Shown piece after piece: positions 13,113-24,110 of a stretch of DNA of 64,000 nt (within the stretch, counting starts at the first letter, position 1; every line of letters starts with the position of its first letter). The DNA is taken from the NCBI RefSeq assembly GCF_006345805.1, contig NC_043006.1, positions 61,628,001 through 61,692,000 on the forward strand, written 5' to 3'. A model generated the notes under the pieces. That model saw only the letters and a program-made list of their open reading frames with translations. It ran no database searches and was not told the DNA's origin. The translations under genes and the position numbers were made by a program. The stretch is from Octopus sinensis. Lineage: Eukaryota.

Positions 13113-14506
13113 TCATTCATATGAGTGGAAGGTGTGTTTCTGCCAGTGCATGCACCTATAGGATTTTTCTACCATTGTGTTTACTAAAGGGAATTTAGCG
13201 AAAAGTATATAGAAAAGTTTGGAATTACAGACGGCACAATATTTTCTGCCCTTATCAAAAGGAAAGGATACAGACTATATGGATCATTCCAGCTTGAAAT
13301 TTATATTGCTGACCTTAAGACGCCAAACTAATTTACTTAGCCCTGTACTTTGTTGTTTCCTCTTATCTCGGAAAGTTGAATAATGATTGGAAATCCTCTG
13401 GGATAATTTAGAAGTAGTCGCCCCAACATAGAAGAAGACACTTGAAGGTTTGACTTGATTTGTTTTCCGAAAGGTATGACAAACCAGATATAGCTTGTAG
13501 TGGACTTAGAATTGTTCAAGGTGTTACCAGTTACATTAAAGGGAATATTTCTGTGCTGGAAAATTGTGGTTGGTTGCCGATTGCCTCCCCTGGTCCGTAA
13601 ATTATTTTTCTTAAGTATAGTGGTGCCGACGTTGTTAGAGCTGAAATCATTATTCTCACTATTTCTATTGTTATTAGTTTTCTTATCCTGAGAAGTATAT
13701 ATAGGTTTAGAATGGGCCGGGCCGTTATATGATACTTTATCTCTATAACCGGCTTTTGACAAGGCGGCGTTATAAAATTCCGCTTTCTGGTTAAAGATGT
13801 CGACCTTAGCAGATAATTTCGACAGTCTTAAGGAAATATTTTTAACTAAATTATCGGTAATATTTTTGGCATGGTTACTGAAAATGCTGATATATTTAAG
13901 ATTAATACAAGGCTTATGATAAGGGAAGTATGAATTATTCTGCAGATTTAGGGTAACATCTAAGAAGTTGGCTTTAGTTAATTCGTCGTCAAAAACTATG
14001 CTCAAGCCCATTCTGCTAAAACATCTAGCTAATCTGTTCTTAATCTTCTGTATCCTATTGTTCGGAGCATTCTGGAGGTAAAGTAGACAATCGTCTCGAT
14101 ATAGACCGCCACAGATGTCCGGGAATTAGTCGGCCAATTCATAGAGAATATAGATTCCGACCAAATCGACTATCTGGGTGCTGTCTGTACTTCCCATTAG
14201 CACATTGAACGCGTTGGAGCTATCTCTGCGGACCCACAACTTATTATCGAACTGCATGAAAGATATTCTAGCTGATAACATCACATTAATTTCCTCCCTG
14301 GAGAGGCCTGCCTTATTATGTGCGTGCCATAGGGTCTTATTGAGTACACTAGGGTTTATCGAAGGGTAGAAACTAGATATATCGAATTGTATAAATTTTG
14401 TGTTTTCCTTATTAGTAATAGAAGTAAACCACTCTACGACCTGAGTGGTGTTAGACCACAAGCTGAGTTTTAACTTATTGATTAAAATAGGTATGTATTT
14501 TGGACT
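13113..14506 (-). pseudogene. PLE RT-EN ORF, left arm (RT motifs A-E and thumb; EN N-terminus deleted)
   Basis: FIQFDISSFYPSI, MGSTDSTQIVDLVGIYIL, GLYRDDC and NFLDVTLNL lie in one frame with a single TAA at 14126-14128. After a deletion near 13444 come FYVGATTSKLSQRISNH..TF and LVWRLK, with further stops. Confidence 0.9.
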
Positions 14507-15966
14507 AGCTTGTGGTCTAACTCCATTCAGGTCGTAGAGTGGTTTACTTCTATTACTAATAAGGACAACACAAAATTTATACAATTCGATATATCTAGTT
14601 TCTACCTTTCGATAAACCCTAGTGTACTCAATAAGGCCTTATGGGACGCACATAATAAGGCAGGCCTCTCCAGGGAGGAAATTAATGTGATATTAGCAGC
14701 TAGAATATCTTTCATACAGTTCGATTATAAGTTGTGGGTCCGCAGAGATAGCCCCAACGCGTTCGATGTGCTAATGGAAAGTACAGACAGCGCCCCGATA
14801 GCCGATTTGGGCGGAATCTATATTTTTAGGATGAGAAAACTAATAACAATAGAAATAGTGAGAATAATGATTTCAGCTCTAACAACGTCGGCACCAGTAT
14901 ACTTAAGAAAAATTGGCAACCAACCCCAATTTTCCAGCACAGTAATATTCCCTTTAATGTAACTGGTAACACATTGAACAATTCTAAGTCCACTACAAGC
15001 TATATCTGGTTTGTCATACCTTTCGGAAAACAAATCAAGTCAAACCTTCCTTTGCAGTTCCGTGAAGCCGTAGCTAGGAACTTTCCCAGGAATTCTATGT
15101 ATTACTCTACTATCAATTCGCATAAGCTAAGGATTGCATTCTCCAACACTAGAAATCTATCGCAAATTATTGCCTCCCATAATAACAAGCTGCTAAACAA
15201 GGATTCTTCACCCGGGAGTTACAACACTATTCTTACCAATTCCAACCAAACATACAATAATAATAATAGAAATAGTATTGATAATAGCAACATTCATAAC
15301 AGCGTTGTCGTTTACAGTGGTAATATTAATAATAATATTAGTCGGATTATTAACAGTGGTAGTGTTAGTGGTAACAACGACAGCATTTCTAATAACAGTG
15401 GTAGCATTGATGATAACAACGGCAGCATTTCTATAGTCAGGGATATTACAGGAAATAGTACAATTAATAATAATAATAACAATAATAGAAATAGTATAGT
15501 GGTCAGTGCTAGCAGTTATATTAACAGCAATCATAACAATAAAAACTCCATCTTAGTCTCGGAGGTAAACCCTAACAGATAAAAAGTTCTTGTCCAGTAA
15601 TTCCAAAATTAGAAATTCCATTTACCAGTGTAGGGTTTCTTCCGGTACCTGTGTCTTCATCTATGTTTGGGCGACGACATCTAAATTTCCAATCATTATT
15701 CAACTTTCCGAGATAAGAGGAAACAACAAAGTACAGGACTAAATAAATTAGTTTGGCGTCTTAAGGACAGCAATATAAATTTCAAGCTGGAATGGTCCAT
15801 ATAGTCTGTATCTTTTCCTTTTGATAAGGGCAGAAAATATTGTGCCGTCTGTAATTCCGAACTTTTCTATATACTTTTCGCCAAATTCCCTTTAGTAAAC
15901 ACAATGGTAGAAAAATCCTATAGGTGCATGCACTGGCAGAAACACACCTTCCACTTATATGAATGA
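14507..15966 (+). pseudogene. PLE RT-EN ORF, right arm (YRDD/thumb deleted; linker and GIY-YIG EN retained)
   Basis: FIQFDISSFY...DLGGIYI, then a deletion junction near 14829. This is followed by YIWFVIPF, an Asn-rich linker, NSIYQCRV..IYV, and LVWRLKDSNINFKLEWSI*...KYCAVCNSELFYIL...RCMHWQKH. Confidence 0.9.
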
Positions 15967-16528
15967 TGATTAATATAGAGAACCTCCTTGAATTTAATAA
16001 TTTGGTTCTACATTTACAACAAGACCATAGACAAATTATTTTATACTCCGTTACTACTACCAAATTCGTTGGGGTATTTCTATCTTTGTCTCTCTACCTC
16101 TCCCCCTCTCTCTCTCTCCCTCTCTCTATCATAAACACAATCAAACACACAAACACAAACTTGTCACTTCACCACTAGATGTATTTGGCATTTATCCCCC
16201 CACACAAACAATCACGCACACATATACACACACATAGACACGAATGCAATTATATACATACACACACATATGCACTCAATCTCATTGGCAAAAGCAAACA
16301 ACAACGCATCACGATGCATACGACTTGCACTCTGTCACCCCCTTATTCTTAGAACTTGCCCCTTCCAACCATTTTTGAACTCTTGAACTTTTTAGAATCT
16401 TATCCATCCAGCCAATTTTGACGTCACTGCTTATAACGGAATATTTTAAAGAAACACTCATTATCACTATGGACTCCGTGTGGGTAGTCATCTAAAAGAT
16501 TTTGTTCGTCATGATGCTGACATAAGTT

Positions 16529-16623
16529 CCTTGTCTTTTCTGATGAGAAGACGGCATAATGCACCCTTTATTCTTTCGGAATTAAGAATATGCAGTCTTC
16601 GAAACATATGTCGAGAATAAAGG
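16529..16623 (+). ncRNA. Type-I hammerhead ribozyme motif in PLE 3' end (right arm)
   Basis: CUGAUGA 16540-16546, stem II GAAGAC 16547-16552 / GUCUUC 16595-16600, GAAA 16601-16604, CAUAUG, predicted GUC cleavage after 16612. Confidence 0.85.
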
Positions 16624-17851
16624 AATTTTGTTAAATCGTCTTTCGACTCCATTCTTTCATTTATCTATATATATATATATATGTATGTATTTTCAAATAT
16701 ACATATATATATACATATATATATATATATATGTATATATGTACGTATATATACATACATGTATATATGCTTATACATATGATACATGTCTATGTGTGCG
16801 TATGTGTGTGCATATATATATGTACATATGTATGTTTCAGTAGTAAAATGACGTGGCTTCAGAGAATCGTGTTCATATCATAAAATGCTTGAACTAGGTT
16901 AATAGCTCACATAGTAATCAATTGAAATCGGTATTTCATATAGAGGATCAATGTGACTAGAATTCCAGAAAATCCGATCAATTAAATTATTTCATGATGA
17001 CTATATAAAACCATTAAGTCAGAAGATCGATAGCTGAAAATGCATTTAACTGAATGACTTACACTGACATTCAGACCGTTTTGCCAACTTCTTGTACTAT
17101 CAATTTCAGTGCAGAAGAAGCAATGCGAATCTGTTGCCTGCCGGGCATTATACAATACGCATTTATATACTCACCTTAATGAAAAAAATTAAGGTAGCTT
17201 ATCAGACCTCGGAAGCATAATGGTTACACCAACAATCCAATTTTGAATATGCATACAAATTCTTACACACCCTCGCACACACATAAAGGAACCGCAAATC
17301 ATTTTAAATCCAAGTGATCGGGTGTTTTAATTCTCGTTGAAGCATTACCACATAATTTATATACACATACATGTGTGTGTGTATATGTGTGTACATGTGC
17401 GTACGTTTGAGTGAGTGTGTGTGTGTGTATATACATATATATACATAAAATGTAGAGATAGTCGAAATTGGTCAGAGTTACATCAGTAAAAGTAAAGATA
17501 TATTGCTTCATATTCAATATTAAAGGTTTTATCCAACCTTAATGTTACCAAAAAGCACGAAATAAGAAGAGTAACTATTTTTTTTGAATTAAAAGGAATT
17601 AGCATAAAATGGTGTATAAGATGTAAGCAACAATATAAATGAATTTTTAGCTAAGGTAAGTATATAGATAGGACAGTTAAAGTGAAACAGCCGAAAATTT
17701 AAAGATTCTGCAGTGGCCATAGTTGAGTAAAAGACAAGTTTAATATACAGGAACAGTAAACTTACATTATAAATATGAAAATACACACCCATATACGTAC
17801 ATACTCTTATGTATATTATACATAAACATATAGGCATTTGAAACACACTGA

Positions 17852-17895
<44 letters not shown>

Positions 17896-18258
17896 AAATT
17901 CAGGGTGAATACTTGATAAGTGTAAGCACCTGTATACGCCAGCTATTAGCAGAGGTGAGAGGGTATATGCATCAAATGAAATCAAAAACAGAACACAAAG
18001 GATGTCGCGGTACACGTGTTTCAAGCTTTATAAAACGACATATTCTTACATCATTGTATAATCGACATAAAGGATAGTTTAAAGCTCTCTTCAGCCGCAT
18101 GCTATTGCTATACCAAAGACTTACATCTCATTATGAATGATCCGAAAGGTACATTTGGTATTACCCATAATGGTAGGTATATCGAGTCCTACTGAGAAAG
18201 TATGTTTGTAAATCTTCATAACCAAATAAGTGTGTAGGGTATCATTGGACTTCGAAAT

Positions 18259-18324
<66 letters not shown>

Positions 18325-18377
18325 TATATATATTTATATTTATATATATATATATGTAATTGTCATTAAATATAGCA

Positions 18378-18850
18378 CCACGGGAAAGTATGCAATCACT
18401 CGAGAATTCCTGCGATTCAGCTCAGCGTCCTCAGTGAACATCTCGTGCACAAACACGAGCAAGTTTTCTACACCCTGGTACTTGACGAATGATGGAAGCT
18501 TTGGGCATCTCTCGGCTCTGATTGCTTTAGTTTTGGCTGTTAGGAGGTGACGGTATCGTCATGCCAAGGATCCTCTTCTTAATTACGGACACTGTGGAAA
18601 GGCACACATTGCGTCTGTTTGTAAGAGCTGTCATAGAGTTCTTCAGTCGAGCGTATGAGGCCAGTGAGAAACTTTGGATTGCACTTGGAATCACTTCAAG
18701 TCTTGCGTTCTTTTCCGTCAATCTTTTTTCTCTTCTTTAAACGATTTATACACACGAAAAAATAGTTGCTTTTGAAGTTTCATCAATTTTACAATTTTGT
18801 TGGCATTGTTCCCGGCGCGGACGATTCAATTGTTGCATGACAATCTTTTG
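18378..18850 (-). mobile_element. Tc1/mariner superfamily (maT/DD37D-like) transposase fragment
   Basis: Frameshifted KNSMTAL...VCLSTVSVI..LGM..RHLLTAKTKAIRAERC...FVHEMFTEDAELNRRNSRVIA matches the FSDEKxFTVD...NRRNDR pattern. Confidence 0.75.
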
Positions 18851-18989
18851 ACTATTTACCTGAAAAATAAAGAGGAGAATAAGATTTTGAATCAAACAAG
18901 ATTTTGTCTGCAAGATTCTCTATGTGCACACACACACACACACCACACACACACACCACACACACACACACAAATGCATCTTTTATCTT

Positions 18990-19110
18990 TTGCCTATTTC
19001 AATCATTTGACTGCGGCCATGCTACGGCACCTCCTTGAATTTTTCTCTGCAAAATGATAGAACACCAGCACTTATGTTTTAATCTTGGTAATTATTCTAT
19101 CGGTTTGTTT
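18990..19110 (-). mobile_element. SINE family B 3' tail fragment
   Basis: catttgactgcggccatgct..gcacc is the reverse complement of the tail at 61250-61285. Confidence 0.75.
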
Positions 19111-19418
19111 TACCGAGCTGCATAAAGCTGACTCCTTGTTATAATTATGTATATAATTATGAAATATGATATATATTATATATATGTGTGTGTGTGTATA
19201 CATGTAAATGGTGCTGGAATCCTGAAGTAGACAGATGAGGAGCTAAAGTAGATGGACTGGAAGTCAAGAACGTTCCCAACAATACATGGATTTTCTACCT
19301 TTACAAACATAGTATTACATCCTCATTACTTGTGCGATGATTTGCTTCCCTGGTAACTGTTTATCTATTTTTCCGTGTTAATTGTAAACAAGGGGAAAAT
19401 GCTTAAGGATATATACAT

Positions 19419-20040
19419 ATCCTTAAATCCTTAAAAATCCTTTAAAATGTTTCAGCCCGAAGGCTGCTGCTATGCTGGGGCACCACCGCTGAATGAGCTA
19501 CACTAATATGTGAATCCACCTCTGATATGTGGCACTGGGTCAACAAGGGTGTTCGATGCCGCTGCCCACATCTGTGTCTCCTGTCGTGAGGTAGGTTCAT
19601 CTGGGACCCCCGACAGAAGAGATCCAGTTTAGTTTTAAAGAAACCCACATCCACAGCATGCAAGTCTCTCAAGCATTTAGGGAGGATGTTGAAGAGCTGT
19701 GGTCCTCTGAAACTCAAGCTGTTGCAGTATCTGGTCCTGTATCTGGACGGTGATGCTGGAATCTTTCGTACCATGCAGTGGCTCCCCGTTCTGCGGTTGG
19801 GCTAACTTTGAATGCCAAAGTTTGGGACAAGACCTTCCAGGATTTTCCAGATGTATATCACCGCATATCTCTCCCGCCTTCGCTACAGGGAGAAGTGTTT
19901 TAATACTTTCAGTCTTTCCCAGTAGCTGATATGTTGCAACTCTTGTTGCAGATATGCAATATTTCCAGGGTTTTGTATTGTGTGGGAGACTTTTGTGTCA
20001 TATGCATAGCTAACAAGGGTGGCCATCTAAGCAACTGAGG
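19419..20040 (-). mobile_element. CR1/L2-group LINE 3' end with terminal stem-loop and tandem tail repeat
   Basis: LSYWERLKVLKHFSL*RRRERYAVIYIWKILEGLVPN...SLSFRGPQLFNILPKCLRDL...FKTKLD. The 3' tail is ggtgccccagcatagcagc-AGCC-ttcg-GGCT-gaaac, followed by repeated taaggat(t) units. Confidence 0.88.
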
Positions 20041-20129
20041 GCATGTCTGAAAGAGCAGTGACACAAAGACAGTGCTCTGTGGAACACCTCAAAAAGTTTG
20101 TATATATATATATACATACATACATACGT

Positions 20130-20204
<75 letters not shown>

Positions 20205-20279
20205 AAAATCTATGAGAATTTCTTAATGCAGTTTTTAATGTGCACTGTTGAATTTTGTTAGGAAATCTGTTATGAGGAT

Positions 20280-21220
20280 GTTACAAATCTTTTTGGGGAA
20301 GAAGTTTTTTTTCTAGTGTGTATTTTTCGGTCTGACAGCGAAAATGATATGGATGGGGTTGTTTCATTTTGTTGTTCTTGTTATTGTAAAGAAAGTCTGT
20401 CTCCACACGAATCTCTGTTTTATTATTAGTGTTCATTAATTCCGTTTCATAATTGTGTTCGTAGTTTTGCAGACATCGAGTTTTCGACTCAAGTACTTTG
20501 TTTGATTTGGCTTCTTTTATCTCTGTCTTTTCTCTATAAGTCCAGTACTTTTCCACGTAATTTTACGCTGATTTGTTCGGAGATTTCTTTTTGCATTACG
20601 GTGTCACATTTCCCAAATTTCTCTTTAAAGCGTGGCGTGCGAAGCTTTAGAATGTTAATCTCTCCTTCGAATCTTTGGTTTGCAAGATTTATTCTGATTC
20701 TCGTTTCTTCATTTGGTTCTAATGGGACAGAATTTTCGCGGAAATATCACTTGTCGTCAGTTCATCCATTATGCGTATGTTTGTTAAATTTTCGTTCCTA
20801 ATTGCTTTCCAATACGCTTGTTTTCTTTGATTTGATAAATTATTCCAGATCTTTTACATCTGGTTCTTTTTCTTGAGTGCTTCATACTCTAAATGAATTT
20901 CGATCCATTCCTGAAAGATAAATTCTGTATTGGAATGTTCTATTGTTGGTAGAGTAATGTTGTATTCAAAGTTTTAGAAGTGTTTGTCGTGTCTTTTAAT
21001 GTTAGTCGAGATTCTTTTTTTTCTCTGTAAATACGTGTTTTGCTGTTCCAATTGATGTGAATCATATCTGTTTGTGAGAATTGTTATTTTGTCCGAAATT
21101 ACTTCCAAAATTGTGTCACTTGACTTGAAATTTGTCGCTGATTTCGACCAGGTGAGTGCTACCCTGATCGTGTATCAGTTGTTTAAGTATCTCAAAGTTT
21201 ATGAGAATCATTTGATATAG
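20280..21220 (-). mobile_element. Decayed ORF of an unresolved retroelement (possibly a PLE N-terminal region)
   Basis: Stop-riddled but protein-like (KIWNNLSNQRK...ENSVPLEPNEETRIRINLANQRFEGEINILKLR). It lies next to an oppositely oriented pLTR-like repeat at 21420-21620. Confidence 0.4.
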
Positions 21221-21273
21221 TTGATACTTAATACAGGTGATTTTCATTTTTTATCAAAATATTTTTTAAAAAG

Positions 21274-21311
<38 letters not shown>

Positions 21312-21362
21312 TATTATATATATATATATTATATATATATATTATATATATAGATGTATATA

Positions 21363-21408
<46 letters not shown>

Positions 21409-21419
21409 TGTATATATAC

Positions 21420-21615
21420 GATGAAAGAAAGAGTCATCTATCTAGAAGTGAGTACCTTAGGAATGGAAAGCCTAGGTTAGGTTCGAAATTCTACCAGGAT
21501 ACCGATGAAGGCTGGAAAGTAAATCACCGAAACGTTGTGGTAATAACAAACAAAATGAGGACACATATCCATCCAATGTAAATAATATACAGAATTCCTC
21601 ATCTCTAAAATATAA
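21420..21615 (+). mobile_element. PLE pLTR-like 3' fragment with degenerate hammerhead core
   Basis: cCGAUGA aggctgg..cacc GAAA cgtt at 21502-21536. The core has a U4>C change and stem II is imperfect. Confidence 0.5.
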
Positions 21616-21619
21616 AGCA

Positions 21620-21980
21620 GCAATTATTATTATCATTGCCTTTGCACAAATTCTAATGCTGGATATGTACTAATCTGCCAGTTGTTCAATACCATTGAAA
21701 TAAGGTAACACTTCTTATTTTACGAGCACCTTCCGAGCGGTATTCGAGCGGTTCCAAGCAGTGCTGTTTTCTGCAAGTACTCCACTGTTATTACAGCCCC
21801 CACTTGTTCAACGTACCCCTCGAGATTTTTTTCTCACTCTTCCCAGGACTCCGACAATTATTGGTACTACTGCTACCTTTTTCATCGATCACAACTGCTT
21901 AACGTCCTAAGCTAACCTCTCATATCTCTCAACATTTTTTTCTTCCCTATCGTACACATTGTTGTCAGCTGGGCATGCTA
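21620..21980 (-). mobile_element. R4/Dong-like non-LTR element 3' end (restriction-like endonuclease)
   Basis: ACPADNNVYDREEKNVERYERLA*DVKQL*SMKKVAVVPIIVGVLG...LQKTALLGTAR..RKVL. It ends in an ATAATAATA tail. Confidence 0.85.
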
Positions 21981-21981
21981 T

Positions 21982-21989
21982 ATTATTAT

Positions 21990-22041
<52 letters not shown>

Positions 22042-22067
22042 TATTATATTATATTATTATTAGTATT

Positions 22068-22125
<58 letters not shown>

Positions 22126-22150
22126 TATATTATTATCATTATTATTATTA
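21982..22150. repeat. (ATT)n microsatellite
   Basis: About 170 bp of interrupted ATT repeat. Confidence 0.95.
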
Positions 22151-22915
22151 ATGAGGGAGAGAGCAGTGCATGCCATAAAAGTGACACTGGGGTAAAATAT
22201 ACGAAGCCAAGTATACCCACCATGATTACCTATCTGATAAGGGTATACTAGGCAACTGCACCACAACCATAAGTGCGCGGCATGGTGATCTCATCAAGAT
22301 AAATAGCACATGACCTTGCAGGTGGGACCCAGTTAGAATTTTCAAAAGTCCCCTGAATAAGGATTGTTTAAGGATGTTGAATGGAGATTTTGAAACTGGA
22401 AACACTTGTTAAGTTCATCGAGTGAAAAGAGTACTACAGTCGGAGAAGTGTAAGATTTTGTGGAACTTTCCTATTCAAATGCACAAGAAGTTGTAAAATA
22501 ATAAACCGGAGATAATAATTGATAAGTGAAGTTGCTTACTTATCGAACCATCAGGAACATTTAAGTCTAAGATCGTAAAGAAAGATGCAGAATAGTAAAA
22601 AGTATACAATCCCTCAAAATTTGATAAAGGAAGAGTTTGGAGCATGAGAACACAAAATGTCGTGCCAATGGTAATTGGTGTGTTTGGAACAGTGAGTCAA
22701 GTTATAGAGAAGTGGCTGTGTGAGATTGACATAGAATATTCAGTACATCTCCCGCAGAAAGTGTGTCTCTTATGGTCAACAAGGATTATCAGGAGAGTTC
22801 TCGCAAGACTGCTGAAAACATGTGGATTTACAGGTAGTGACCTGCTACCTAAATAAATCCTACCAGGAATACGACCAAACCTGAACCAAAGAAAAATAAT
22901 GATAATAATCCCGTC
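22150..22915 (+). mobile_element. R4/Dong-like RLE 3' fragment preceded by a GC-richer repeat segment (22150-22385)
   Basis: KILWNFPIQ..KPEIII...VVPMVIGVFGTV...QKVCLLWSTRIIRRVL, ending in aataatgataataat. The upstream segment starts in the (ATT)n tract. Confidence 0.8.
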
Positions 22916-22924
22916 TACCATGGG

Positions 22925-23112
22925 CACAAGGCCAGAAAATTAGGGGTGAAGGGCCAGACATTTACATCGACCCGAGTGCTCGACTACAATGTATTTCATC
23001 GATCTTGAAAGCAAGAAAAGCAAAGCCCGATTGAATTCGAACTCAAAATGAAAAGTTAGGTGAAATGCCGCCAAACATTTTCTCTGACGTGTTAACGATT
23101 CTGCCAGCTCGG
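22925..23112 (-). mobile_element. tRNA-derived SINE, family A
   Basis: Reverse complement of cgagctggcagaatcgttaacac...gagttcgaattc...tgtaaatgt. Confidence 0.75.
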
Positions 23113-23150
23113 AAACTTTAACAAATGTCCAGTTTACGTTGTTGCTGTGG

Positions 23151-23174
23151 TCATCATCATCATCATCATCGTCG

Positions 23175-23213
<39 letters not shown>

Positions 23214-23310
23214 ATATCATCATCACCACCACCACCACCACCACCACCAACACCACCACCACCACCACCATCATCATCATCAGGATCATCATCATCATCA
23301 TCAACATCAT
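23151..23310. repeat. Compound (CAT)n/(CAC)n microsatellite
   Basis: Trinucleotide runs that generate the poly-His/Ser/Ile ORFs in the track. Confidence 0.95.
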
Positions 23311-23942
23311 TTTCTTACTGTGCGTGTTGCTCTTCATCTTACTTAATAATGTATACGTCGTGTCATAGGAGCCAGTAATTGCTTTGTGCTAGACGAATGC
23401 TTTTCGTCTCGTACTAAATGAACCTATTGAATTATATTTAACTGGAAACAGCTCACAATATCAAAAGTGATGTACTACACTGTCGTTTCGCTACGATGTC
23501 ACTTAATTCTAATGAGTTATATATTATTGATTTTCCCTGTTATAATGCATCTATTTTATAAAATTATGTGTTAAGAATCTAGTTAACTCCTGAAATTGAC
23601 AACGACTCTATTTTCAACTGACAAAAATTGAGGGAAATTTGTAATTATGAATACGGTGTTACAAAGCTCAGATCGCGGCATTAAGTCTTTGTCTATGTCC
23701 TGAGTGATGTCATTTCCTAATTTAGTTATCTTCTAGAAATTCGACCGTTGTTGGTTACAAATTTTCTGTTGGTCAGTTACTGTATCGAAGTATTTCTGAT
23801 GACCAATACAAATAATGGAGATAATGGCTATTCCACGTGTGATGTTCATTTTTCGGAGTTTTTTGTTTCTATCCGATCAGTTTAGTATTCCAATGTTTCA
23901 TACTTTCTATAAAGCATTCTCTCCATGTTTTTTGTTATCAAA

Positions 23943-24110
23943 AGGCGGCAAGCTGGCAGAATCGTTACACGCCAAGAAAAACTGCTTAGCGGTATGTCGT
24001 GCGTCTGCACTTTGTGAGTTCAAATTTCGCCAAGATCGATTTTGCCTTTCACCGTTTCGCCCTCGATAAAATACAAACCATTGAATCACTGGGGTGGATG
24101 TAAAAGTGCA
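23943..24110 (+). mobile_element. tRNA-derived SINE, family A
   Basis: ggcggcaagctggcagaatcgtta (A-box-like), gagttcaaatttc (B-box-like), gatcgattttgcctttca core. Confidence 0.85.

Larger units (their letters stand above)
12402..16668. mobile_element. Composite head-to-head inverted Penelope-like retroelement (two 5'-truncated copies with 3' UTRs/pLTRs)
   Basis: 12402-13440 is the reverse complement of 15650-16668, 13445-13690 of 14830-15049, and 14150-14464 of 14507-14828. The centre is at an AGCT at 14507-14510. Confidence 0.93.
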
